From Chrysochromulina tobinii (Eukaryota): a stretch of 34,954 nucleotides of DNA. The stretch is taken from positions 1 to 34,954 of the forward strand of contig JWZX01002851.1 of NCBI GenBank assembly GCA_001275005.1, in the 5' to 3' direction. Positions 1 through 11,900 of this stretch are shown piece by piece; positions within the stretch are counted from its first letter, which is position 1, and every line of letters begins with the position of its first letter. A program made the position numbers and the translations under genes. The notes under the pieces are model-generated. The model was not told the DNA's origin. It was given only the letters and a program-made list of their open reading frames with translations, and made no database searches.

Positions 1-3000
1 GGTAGTGCGTGCTCAGGTCTCTCAGCATCATGGCGCATGCTTTTTGGAAGGGCGCCAGCCGTGCAGGGTAGCCGCCGTTTGACGGGTCAATCTCGAGGGG
101 AGGCACAAGGTCCGAGCGGCAGCCATACTCGTTCACGAGCATGTGGCACCAGCTCCGCGCCGACTTGAACACGTCGACGTACGCCCACGATCGGCTCCAG
201 TCATGAATACCAGCAACATTGATGCCGACGGCAGCTTCCGAGTCGGTGCACACATTTGGCTGACCGACGCGGGTAATGGTCTCGCACGCGGGGCCACTCA
301 CGCCAAGGAAGCACATACACGCCCCGCGCACGCAGCTGCCCCACACGCACCCGGGGACGCACGCTGGAGGATGCACAACGACGCCCCGGGCAAGTGCCTC
401 AGCTGCGGTCGACGGCAACGACGAGCGCAGGCCCGCATTGTATCCAAGGATCGCTTGGAGCTTCGAGGAATTCAGATCGTCCGGACCAAGCATGAGGGCC
501 CCATGCCCACACTGCTTGCCGCCGAGCTCGCACAGCACGGGAGGACGGTACAGGGGCTGCGCGACAAAGATCGTGCCGCCGATGCGCCGCCAGCGGTCGA
601 GGAAGTCGAGGAGGATTTCGCGCATGCGCGGGTGCGCGTTGGCCTCGAGGAGCTTGCGTTCGAGTGCCTGCTCCAGAGCCGCGTCGCCCTCAAACTTGGA
701 CCGATTCCTCGAGAGCACATCCAGTGTGAATGACGCAGGCGACCTTTCGGCGACGATCTTGGCTGGCCCGCGGTAAAAGTACTGGCAGCTGCCCGCGCAC
801 TGTGCGCCCGCGAGGGCATCGTTCGTCAGATGCGGACGGCTTCCGGGGTTCCCCACACCCTTCCAGTAAAAGTCTCGCCGCTGGAGCACCCCCTCCGTGT
901 CCACGATCACTGGTGCTGTGTTATACTGGTCCCGCGCCCCCGCACTCGCGTTCCAAAAGTAGCACGTTCCGGGCACCGCGCAGTTACCAGGCCGTGAGAA
1001 GCACTGCCCTCCGCCATTCGGGCCAGCGAGCGCGCCCGGGCAGTCGCTGTGGACGGATACGCCGCAGCTCCACTCGTGCGAGAGCTGGTGAGCAAAGCCG
1101 CCGCATTCGACGCTGGCATCGCAGATCGTGGCGCAGCTCGCGACATTTGGTCCCACGTGCTTCCAGTACGTTGGCGAGCCAGTCTCACTCAGTGCCACAT
1201 GGGCGCGCCTGCTGCTGTCAATCCCTTCATAGCCCTGCAGCTGGCGCCACTGCTCCGCCTTGACGTAGCCGTTGCCTAGCGTCGAGCTGGCGGAAAGCTC
1301 CGCAAACTCGACTGGCCCATACTTGTTGCCCATCGCGAACCAGAGGCACTGGCTGCACCGTAGGCTGCCACTCAGCGTCGCGCGCGCTCCGTAGTCGGCG
1401 GCGCCGAAATCAGGGCCACCGACATCGGAGATGAGGCGGATGCCCCTCTGGTTGAGCTGCTGCGTGAGGCCATTCAGCACCGACTCTGCATGCAGAGCCG
1501 ACTCGTGTATCTTGTCGAGCTGCGCGAGAGGAGGGTTCGGGTGAGGGTTGGGGGATAGGGGGGCACCGAGTGCGCAGAGAGGGGCGGCGGATGGTCAGCC
1601 GGAGATGAAGCGAGAGCAAGGCTCGCGCGCAGGAACAGGAACAGTCCTCTCCGTGAGAGCGCACCAGAGCATCCACCGTCCAGTTCGCATAGAATTCCGC
1701 AGCTCGTTCTCGATCGTCGAAGTTGATGCATTGGTTGTACCGGTTCTGGCAGTTCCCGTTGCAACAATTGCTTCTGCCGAAGACGGCGCGGACCGCGACC
1801 GCGTCGACATTTCCCAGGTCGGTGCCGAAGCGCTCGAGAGTGCCCCCTAGCCACGCGCCGGCCGCGGACACGCGAACGAGGCGCGTGCCGAGGGCCGCCC
1901 GGCGCCGCGCATTCACGCCAAAGGCGAGAGTCCAAGCGCGGAAAACTTCGAGAGACTCGATCGCGTGGGTCTGGGGCGCCTCGTTCCGGTTGGCCGCGTC
2001 GGTGCGATACTCGACGAACGCCGTCAGGTGGGGGCGCAGGTGGCTGTCCACGTAACTGGCATACATCATGAAGTCCGCCTCATCCGCAGCGCCGGGCCGG
2101 TTGGCTCCGTTCGCGGTTGTGGTCATCAGCGAGGGGTCCATCGCGTTCGAGCGCGGCATGCAAAACCACGCGGACGCGTTGAGCGTGTTGGCGAGCGCCA
2201 CCATGTACTCGAGCGCGACGCCGCGCGGGCCCGCCTGGGTCAGCGAGGCCGGAGTGCTCCGATCGCGCCAAGCGGGGCGAAAGTTGTTCTCGTTATAGTC
2301 GTTGCTGTCGATGAGCGCCCAGCTGCAGAAGCGCAGCAGCCGCGTGCCGCTGAGAGCGTTGAGGAGGTCGGGGTGAAAGGGCTGGGTGGCCAGGGCGGCG
2401 TCGGTCGCGTCGACGTTGATGCTCGTGATCGCCGAGACGGCGCTCCCGCTCCCGCTACCCGCCGAGCGCACCTCATCCTGCACACGAAAGATGCGCACGT
2501 TCTCGAGCGGGGCGCTCGGGTCGGTGGTCATGATGCGGATCGAGACGCCGGTGGCGGGCGCGGAGACGTTGAAGAGGTAGCGACCACGCATCGCTACCGG
2601 ATCGTAGGAGAGCGGCGCCGCGAGAAGTGCGTCGCCGCCGAACGAGAGCGTCCCGTTCCCGTTGAAGTGGACGGCATATTGGCCAGCGGCGACCGAGGCG
2701 CCGCCCCAGCCGATGTATGCTACTGCGGTCTGAACCTCGAACGAGTTTTGCCACAGCCACCAGCGGGGCAGTGAGACAGGGTAGCCGTTTGCGTGCGACA
2801 TGTTCGTGGGTCTCAGGCTGTGCTGCTTCCAGGTCTCCATCTGCACGCCCGCATCATGTCGGGCGCGCTCCACTTGCCAGTATGTTGCGTGCTTGAACAA
2901 ATCTCGGAAGACACGCGTCGAGGTGATCTTCCACTCGGTGACGCCCCAGCCATCCGTGGCCATCGGAGGGAGGTTGATCTGCGATCAAGGGCGACACAAA

Positions 3001-3137
3001 GCTCAGCATGGGGGGATCATGAGCAATTCTTTTTTTGCGTGCCGGCTCACCCCAACATCCAGCTGCTCTGGGGGGTCAAATCTTGTGAGATTCTGCGCTG
3101 ACGTCCGATGCAACATGAGAAGCACCAACGTGAGCAT
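1..3137 (-). CDS. Secreted multidomain protein (3' end outside window): GH-A/TIM-barrel-like domain of the bacterial 'cellulose-binding protein' type, Cys-rich insert, EGF-like module, then a second copy of the domain
   Basis: Manual splicing gives exons 3137-3051, 2978-1665 and 1519-<1, with phase-0 GT-AG introns 3050-2979 and 1664-1520, open to the window edge (>970 aa). Signal peptide MLTLVLLMLHRTSA. Motifs VGINL..VFRDLFKHATYW, LLRFCSW, GVALEYMVALANTLNASAWFCMP, ANAHPRMREILLDFLDRWRRIGG, EGF-like CVPGCVWGSCVRGACVCFLGVSGPAC, then GINVAGIHDWSRSWAYVDVFKSARSW. Confidence 0.8.
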
Positions 3138-3329
3138 CTTTTCGTGAGCCCAGGCGCGCGAGCGGGGAAGCCGACCGAGCCGGAGATTTTACCGGGAATA
3201 TCCATTTCGAGCAAGGCAACAACATGGGTGGAGGGGACACTCGGTTCACACGCACCACCAGTCAGCGGGTATATGTATACCGAACTCGTTCGAAACGCCG
3301 TGACGGGCGCGATCGTGGCGTCTGAATAA

Positions 3330-4129
3330 ATGGTGAGCCGCGTGCTCTTTCTCGCGCTCTTCGTGTGCACAGCGCTCGCGCAGGACGAGGACGACGCGCG
3401 TGGCGAGCAGCAAATTGCGGAGGAGCTCGCGTTCGGCGCCGAAGGTACGTGCCATCACCGTGCCTGCCGATTCTTAGGCGTAGCCTGCCAACGCCCGCCT
3501 TTGCTGAATAGCATTTGCCTCTCGCTTGTCGCGCAGTCGTCGAGCTGAATGAGCAGAACTTCGAGCATCTTACGCAGGCAGCCACGGGCGCCACCTCGGG
3601 CGATTGGCTCGTCCTCTTCTGCAAGGATAGCGTGTCGCGGTGCGCCAAGGTGACGGCCAACTGGCAAAAGGTGGCGGTGACGCTCGCCGCGTCACGCGAG
3701 GCCAAGGGCATGCCGCGAATCAACGTCGCGCAGGTGGACACGAGCACATCTGCGTGGCTGCGCAAGCGCTTTGGCGTCCAGTCAGTGCCCGTCGTCCTGC
3801 TCTTCAAGGGCGGCGTCATGTACTCCTTCCATGGCGGCGGCTTCTCCGTGGACCGGCTGGTGAGCTTTGCCGAGCGCGACTACGAGCGCTCGAACCGCAT
3901 GCTCGTGCCGCCCGAGCCGCACGTGGCCACGCCGCACGACCAGACGTTCCTCATCACCATCGGCACGGTCGCCTGCGGCGCAGCGGTACTCTGGGTCGTT
4001 GACCAGGGCCTTGCGCGTTGGTATCGCTATCAGACGAAAATGTCTAAGGCGGCCAAAAAGGAGGCCAGTAAGGCGGCCGCCAAACCGGCGGCTGCACAGG
4101 AAGGTGCTAAGAGCGACGGGACGCGATAG
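3330..4129 (+). CDS. TMX-like transmembrane thioredoxin-fold protein (235 aa) lacking a canonical CxxC
   Basis: Exons 3330-3444 and 3537-4129 (intron GTACGT..CGCAG 3445-3536). Signal peptide MVSRVLFLALFVCTALA, VVELNEQNFEHLTQAATGATSGDWLVLF, INVAQVD, RFGVQSVPVVLLFK, a C-terminal TM helix and a Lys-rich tail. Confidence 0.85.
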
Positions 4130-4426
4130 GCGAGCTGCATCATTACACTTGAGCTCGCTTTGCCATGCGCGTGTCTCGTGCCTGCGCAGCTCCCGGCGGT
4201 GGTTCGGGTGCGCTGCACACCCGTCGGTGTGCGCCCATCACACTCAGACTGTGTATGTCTGGGTGCGCGGCGCATGAGTACGAGTATGTGAAAATTGTAC
4301 ATAGATTTCATGGCAATTTTTCATATGCGCCAGACCTAACACGTTGGCGAACAACAAGTGACGAAAGTGACAGGCGGGCCGCGCGCCACTTTTATCCGAT
4401 CAAGAGAGTTCGCAGGGGAGCGCGTG

Positions 4427-7400
4427 TCATGAGAACACATGAGATGACGCGGTCGGTTGCTTTGCGAGTTTAGAACCCCCGCTCAGCACGCCGGCGATGA
4501 TAGAGTGGGTAAGGAGTGTTGATGAGAGGCGGAAGGCGGTCGAGATGCGCATCTCCTTGATCTTGCGCTGATCATTCGCTTTAAGTGCCTCGCGCGCGCG
4601 GAAGCCGCGGTAGGTCCGCTGCATCATCTGTGCGGCGAGGTACTCATGCGCGTTCCACTCCACGGGTGCGTTCTTGTACTCACGCAGATCGAGATTCCTG
4701 CGCATCTGCTTGTCGAGTGTGTGGCGCAGCTCGCACTCGGGCAGCCGCTGCCCCGTCTGGCGCGGCTCCGGGTCCAAGACGCTCGTGGGGCGCGTGGCCG
4801 TGCGCGCGAGCGCGAAGAGGGTCTCTTGGAACTGAACTTGGCCGTGACCACGCACGGGTAGCCACGCGTCTTCGAGCCGCTGGAGGACGTCGCAGTACTG
4901 GCTCGTGCCCTGGGCCCTCTTTTCCACATCGAGTACGCCGAGGGGCGGGAGCATCGAGGAGATCAACTTGCCAAGGTAGTGGCAGGAGATGAAGTAGGTG
5001 CCGTCGGGGTCGAGGCGCTGCCACATCTCCTGGAACTCGAGAACGTGGGTCTGCGTGACGGTCATGGACTCCTGGATGCACGTGCTTGAGAACTGATCGA
5101 CGACCACACCCACGGTCAGGTTCATCATCAGAAGCGAGCCTATAAGCTGATAGAGCACGAAGAAGACCACCGCCGTGCCATAAGATTGAGAGCAGTCATC
5201 GATGGCGTACTCCATCATGCCCGCCTTCTTCCCGCAAAAGGGCTCGACGACCATGCACGCGCGCATGATGTCGGGCCAGCGCTCTGAGGTGGCCATGGAG
5301 ACCATGAGGACCATCGCGTTGGGGAAGGTGTCGAAGGCGGGCCAGGTGCCGCCGTACCCCAGATGCTCCTGCGGCACGATATCGCCGAAGAGAGCCATGC
5401 CCACCGTGGCGAAGATAAGGCAACACAGCCCGAGGAGAGAGAGCACGTTGGCCAGCGCAGGCAGACAGAGGGAGATGGTCTTGAGCATCGTGCGCAGCCC
5501 ACTGGCCGAGCGAATGAGGCGTATGAGGCGCGCAACCTTGGCGAGGCGCAACAGCCGGAGCAGCATCGGGTTGAAGGGTGTCTTGATCTCAACTCCCTCG
5601 AGGATCCATCCGGTCACAATGTCGAAGATGGATGCGAGCACAAGAATGAAGTCGAAGACATTCCATGCATTCTTAAAGTAGTTCAGGCCGAAGCCAATGA
5701 GCTTGACCACGGCCTCGAAGATGAAGAAGAACGTAAAGAAGAGCTCCAGGAAGTCCGTTGTGCCCTTGGCCGGCTTCTCGCGCTCCGTGGTGGCGCCATC
5801 CGGAATGGGTTCGTAGTAGTCGGCCGCCATCACTGCGATGTTGATCATGATCATGGTCATCATCATGTACTCGAAGAAGCGATGCGTCACGAATCGGTAC
5901 ATCGGCGCACGGATGAAGCCCTTCGGGGGCACCACGCGTGAGAGCGGCCTCATCACCTGGACGAGCTTTCGAGTCTCGACCCATTCCTTCTGCTCGTCGG
6001 TCATCATGGCCATGCCCGAGCGCTCGTCGCGTAGCCGGTTGAACTTGTCGATGACGACGCCCGCAAAGAACTTGAGCAAGATGAAGCCGCCAAAGATGAC
6101 GAAGACGAAGAAGTAGATGCTGGCGATCCCCTTTTTCCAGAGGTTCTCCGTGCCGGGCACGGCGGGCCCTTGGCCGAAGCTGCTCTGCGCGGCCATCGCG
6201 CGGTACATGATTCGCGACCAGCCCTGCAGGGTCGCAATCTCGACAAGCGTCAGCAGCCCATAGCCCACGTTGTCGAAACCGGAGACATCGTGCCGCCAGA
6301 GGAGCCGGCATCGGACCTCGCCCGCGCTGCTCGTGTTCCAGCCGGCAGGCGGCGCGCACAGGCTGCCGTGCGCGAAGCCCGTCGAATTCACGATCTCGTC
6401 GAGGTTAGCTGCCATCTCCTCGCACACTGCCTTGTTGGAATACGCCGTCATGGGTAGCAGCAACGGTGCGGCCCCGCCCGCGAGCGGCTGCGGTACAAAA
6501 AGCACGCACGAGGAGAGGACGCCGCCAAAGACCTGGACGCCCAGGATGGCAAAGACAAGCCAGAAGACGCCCAGGATGAGCGTCACGTTGCCAATGGCGG
6601 GGAGCGAGCGGATGAGCGCCTCAATGACGAGCTGCATCGAGGGCACCTTGGACAGGAGCCGAAGCGGCCGGAGCGCGCGCAGCGTGCGTAGCGACTTTAA
6701 AGGTCCGATCTGCGACGAGCCCCCGATCGACATCCAGCCGATGATGACGATCGCGAAGTCAAGGTCGTTCCAACGGTCGCCGAAGTAGCCCATAGGGCCG
6801 AGGCCGAGAAGCTTGATCGCCATCTCGATCGTGAAAGCGACGCCGAAGAAGAGGTTCAAGTCCTCAAGGGTGGCAAGTTCACCTAGTGCATCTGGATCCC
6901 CACTTTTCGCTCGCTTATTCAGCTGCGATGAGTCCGCGCAGAGCACATACGTTGATCCCACGATGAGCATCATCACGAAGCCTGTGAAGAGCTTCGTGAC
7001 GATGACCCACTTGCATCCCTTGCGAAGCAGCGGCCACAGATCGGCGAGATGCACATACGGCCCCCCGAACGGCACCTGGAAGCCAGCCCCCCTTCGGTCC
7101 TTCCTCTTGATCATCGCGAGGGTTCGCCGAGCTGCCGCCGTTCTGCGTCGCATACCAGAGCCAAACGTAACCGTTGGCACAGGCTCAGGCCCGTTCGCTA
7201 CCGGTAAGAGGTCGGCCGGTGCCGCCTCCTCAATTTCAAAGAACAGACCTTCGCTTTTATGCTGTGGCGCCTCGAGGAATTCGAAGTCGAGCTTTTTCCG
7301 CACTTCTCGCACATCGGCCGCTTGCATATCGTCTTCAAATGCCCCGAGCGCCATCGACATATCGAGCTCGACGGCGATACACGACGGGAACTTATCGGGC

Positions 7401-8931
7401 TGCCAGCGGCGTGTCGCGTTCGCGCCCGGAACAGCGCGCGACTTTGGTATGCCGATCGACAAGCCGAGCGGATCGTCCGTGTTGGGGCCGCGACGCGTGA
7501 GTCGTTCCTGCTCAAGCTGCACCAGCCGCATCGCGCGCACTTTGGACCACGCCCTGTGTTGCCGGTAGCGTGCCTGCAGGGTGAGCGCGGCGCGGGTCTG
7601 AGATATGGGCCCTTTAGGCTTGCTCGCCTCGTCGTCGTCGCGCACGTTCTTTTGGCTCGCGCTCCAGAGCGACGAGATCGTCAACGATTCCAGCGTGCGA
7701 ACGCGTAAGGCGCTCATCGAGCGCACAGCGGAGGATGGCGAAAGCGACCTGACCAGCCGTCGGCTCCGACGTGCTGCGGTCGAGATCGAATTGTTCAGCG
7801 GCAATGAGCTGACCTTCAGCGAGCAGCGAGCACGAAAGTCGGGACCCAACCTCTCTGCCTGTTGTGCCCCCTTGCCGCGTTCCGACTTGCCGTCCTTCCA
7901 CGTCACCTCGCCACGTCTGCGTCCCTCGGACGTACCTTGCAACTCGAGGGACGTCTGCGGCACCGCCACCGACGAGGCAGGGAGTCGTGGCCCCGCGACG
8001 CCCGCTCCGTCATCGCCACCGCCAAATCCGACGCCATTACGTGAAATCCGACCCCACTCTCTGAACGAGTCACTCGTGTTGACGACCGTGGAGTGTACCA
8101 CATCCCCGCCGCCCTCCACGGAGAGCACTGACGCGGGGAGCACGGCACGTTTCGCCAGGTTCGGCGAGGAGCCCGAGAGGACCGTCGTGGCACGCACGTC
8201 TTTAGGGCGGGGCTCCACCTCGAGCACCGACGCCTTGAGCGCCCTGGCTGAGCGCCCACTCGAAGTGAGCACGGTCCTCGGCGCCACCAAAGCCTGATGC
8301 GTCGTCGGCGGACGCAGAAGGTAGTCAGGGACTTCAGAGACTTCACCTGCTGTCATAGACTTCAATCCAGGAGCGCCGCGTGACAATCTAATCTCTGGCA
8401 TGACGGCGATGTCATAGTTGCAAGCCAGAGTTGCAGGTGCTCTATGGCATGTTGGCATCGGCGATGTTGCGGCAGAAGGCGCCGAGTGCATGACGCGGCC
8501 CAGTGACGTGAGGCAGTTCCACTCGTCGACGGCATGATTATGTTTACTCGCGCGCGGGGGAGGCACAGTCAGAGCCACCTTCGGGCGAGACACAGCCAGA
8601 GCCACCTTGCTGCGAGACACTTCGGGGGAGGCCTTGCTGCTACAGGGTGCCTTGGGAGTAGCCTTGGGAGTAGCCTGGGGAGAGGCATTGGCGATGGCGT
8701 TGCTGGAGAGGCGGACGGTGCTGACACCTCCGCCTCCCGTCGGCTTTATGAGCTTGCTTCCGTAGCACGCGGCGGCGGTGTCTGAGTCAAGGCTGGACGA
8801 GTCCGACGCGTCGTTCGGGCCGACTTCCAGTCTTGGCGGAGAATAGACGTGCATCGCCACCTCCCCCCGGGAAGAAGTGGAGGCGGGGTCGCCTTGGATG
8901 AACTTAGCGATATTGGCCGCATTCCTATTGT

Positions 8932-8984
<53 letters not shown>

Positions 8985-11900
8985 TCGTCGTCGTCCTCGA
9001 AATATTGGTCGTCCTCGAAATCTTGGTCGCCGCCCTCCTTGGCCTCCCCACGCTCCCCACGCTCCCCACGCTCCTTCTCGTCCTCGGCGGGGGTCATGCG
9101 CAGCCCCTCGTCCGTCTCTGCGGTCGAGCCCTCATCAAACCCCATGAGTTTCAGTCGACTCGCCATCTCCTCCACGTCAACCTGGGCCTGTTTCGCCGCC
9201 TCCATAAACTTAGCCCTGCCGTCGTCGTTGGCGGAGACGAGGAAAGATAGGATGATCGCCGTGTACATGTTGAGCAGAATGTACCTCCCGATCAACACGC
9301 TCAGGCAGAAGTAGAGCAACGTAGCCACGTTCGTCGAGCGCATGCCCAGAAACATGATGGGATGCCACGCCTCGCCCGTGAAGAGCTGGAAGGTGGTCAT
9401 GAAGGCGTCGCCAAACGTGTCGAAATTTTGAAGCGGTACGCGCGCCAGGCAGCCCTGTTCGATGCCTACGGGGAGGTTGCGCTGGGTGGTGAGGTAGTCG
9501 GCGGCGCTCGACGCGCGGCAGTAGCCCTCGACGGGGTGGCAGTCGCATAGCGCATACGGCGTCGCGCCCGCGAGCATCGGGAAGGGTTCCCACGCAATAC
9601 CCAGGGTGGCGTTGAGTGGGATGGAACCCACGGCGAGGGGCAGCTCGAGAGGACGCGGCAGCGGCGTGCATTGCTGGCATCGAACGAAGCGGTTGCCAAA
9701 GTAGCTCATGCCGAGCAGCGTGAACGTGTACTGGCAGAGGAGGAAGATGAGGAAGAGCGCGCCCATCGATGCGAGAAGGGTCGGCTGCGTGATGATGCAC
9801 ATCAACTCACGCAGCGAGGCGATCGGCAGGCGTTGCAGCAGCCGGATGAGCCGCAAAGAGCGGAAGATGGATGGGCTGAAGCCCTCCGAGCAGCGGCCCG
9901 ACGCGACGACGGCGATCTGGCTGAACACGCTCACGAGCACGATGAAGCCGTCGAAGATATTGAAGCGGTCGGATACGTAGCCACCCACACCGAGGCCGAG
10001 AAGCTTGATGAGCATCTCTATCAGGAAGATGAAGGTGAGCGCAAGCTCGATGCCGCCGAGCAGCACACACTCAGGGTCGGGTTGGCCCGCGTAGTAGCAG
10101 CACTGCACGGCCGTGTTTATCGCGATACAGCACATGAAGAACGGGTTAAAACGCCGATGTGCGCACAGAACCGCGCACTGCGCCGCAAGATTGTCGCAGA
10201 ACGGCACGGACGGCATCTTGCGGAGAGCATCGAGCAGCCCAGGTTTCCACAGCCGACGCTTCCATGTTCTCAGCGGCGCTTCCATCAGCGCCACTTTCTT
10301 CGTCGGCGCCGGCTTGCTCGGCGAGCGGGGGCTGTACTCAGCGGCATTTCCACGTCTGGAGTGCATGGGCAACTCGAGGCTTGCCCTCACGTTCGGGGCG
10401 GGGCTCCACCGCCGCTCCACCGCCGTGGCGAGCGTGAACGTGTGGCCGCCAGCCTCGTCGTCGGTGAAGTCCAGATTCGCGAGGCGCAGCGGCGGCTTGC
10501 GACCCCTGAATGGCGAGACACGAGAGCAGCGCGATCGGCTGTCCTCAGACAGCCCCCCGCCTGACCGGCTGTCCTCAGACAGCCCCCCGCCTGTCCGGCT
10601 GTCCTCAGACAGCCCCCCGCCTTTCGGCTCCGCCTCGACCGCATGGACCGCATGGACCAATTGGGCATCCGCCTTCCTAATTTGGGTTTCCATCTCCGCC
10701 GCATCGGCCGTCGCCTCCTCGGTGGCCTTGGCGTGGGCCGCGAGTTCGGCCGCGAGCCCGGCCTTGAATTTCTGGCTGCGCTTGTTCTCGAGGTGCACCT
10801 GCTCGTAGATGACCGCGAGGGTGAGGTTGGCGGTGAACCAACCGCAGCACAGGACGAGCACGAGCGCGTAGATGATCCCGCCGCCGCCGCCGCTGTCAAA
10901 CATGAGCTGCATTGAGACTGGCCAGTCGTCGATGGCCATGTTGCGGTACACGACGATAAACGCCCACCCGATGTTGTCGAACGACGTGAAGCCGTAGTCG
11001 GGGTTGGAAGTGCGTTCATCGAACTCCCCGTTAAAGTAGAAGGGGCTGTTCGGCGGGAGCGGCGCCGGCTGGCAGCAGAAGAGGTCGCCGGTGAGGTAGC
11101 CGCTCGTGTCGATGTGATCGCAGGTGAGCTCCTTCCACTGCTTGGCCGGTGGCGTGGCGTACTGAGGCTTCCGTCCGTTGAGCGTCGCAAGCCCCGCAAA
11201 GGCAGCGCACTGGTTGCCCCCATCACCAGAGGCGGAGCACGGCGCATATGCTCCTTGGAGACCGACGGCTTGTGAGAGCGTACCATCGCTCTGAAGGACG
11301 TGGCAGCGCCGGCGAGCGTGGCCCATGAAGAGCTGCACGCCCAGGATGGCGAAGCATAGGAAGACGAAGAGCAGCAGCGAGCCCACGTGCACCAGCTTGG
11401 GCGTCGCGTCGATCAGTGCCTGCACGATCGCGCGCGTCGCTCCAAACGAGGGCACCGACTTCATCGCGCGCAGCAGCCGGGCGGCGCGCAGCGCGGAGAG
11501 GCCGGAGACGCTGATGCACAGCACGGGCAGAAGCCCGAGCAACGAGACGATCGAGACGAACCCGTCGATCCAGTTCCACCCATCGCGCAGGTATGCGCCC
11601 GGATGCTGCCACAGGCCGAACAACAAAAGCTTCAACAGCATCTCGGAGATATAGATGGTGGTGAAAATGATGTCGAGCACGCGCAGCGTGGTGTTGGACC
11701 CGGGGTCGTTGGTGTACTCGCAGGTAGCGGCGAGCGGGTCGCGAAAGGCCACGCAGAACAAGTTGACGCAGATGGTCGCGTAGATGAACCCGTCGAACCA
11801 TGGCTGCAGGAGGAGCGAGCGAGCCGCCAGCCGCGCCGGGTTGGTCGGCGAGAAGACGCCAAACGACGAGTACTTCATGTGCGGCTCGTCGACCTCCGCG

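Noticed and set aside
1410..1664. C-terminus of the 517-aa ORF as given in the track
   Set aside because: It reads through intron 1520-1664; the true frame shifts at 1519 and stays open to the window edge.
2382..2471. Possible in-frame 90-nt intron (GAG|GTGCGC..CCCAG) in the first gene
   Set aside because: It has no stop or frameshift and no clear pyrimidine tract, so it cannot be decided without transcripts; left as exon.
10536..10622. Palindromic repeats as CRISPR or terminator
   Set aside because: There are no spacers and the repeat lies in frame inside a eukaryotic CDS.
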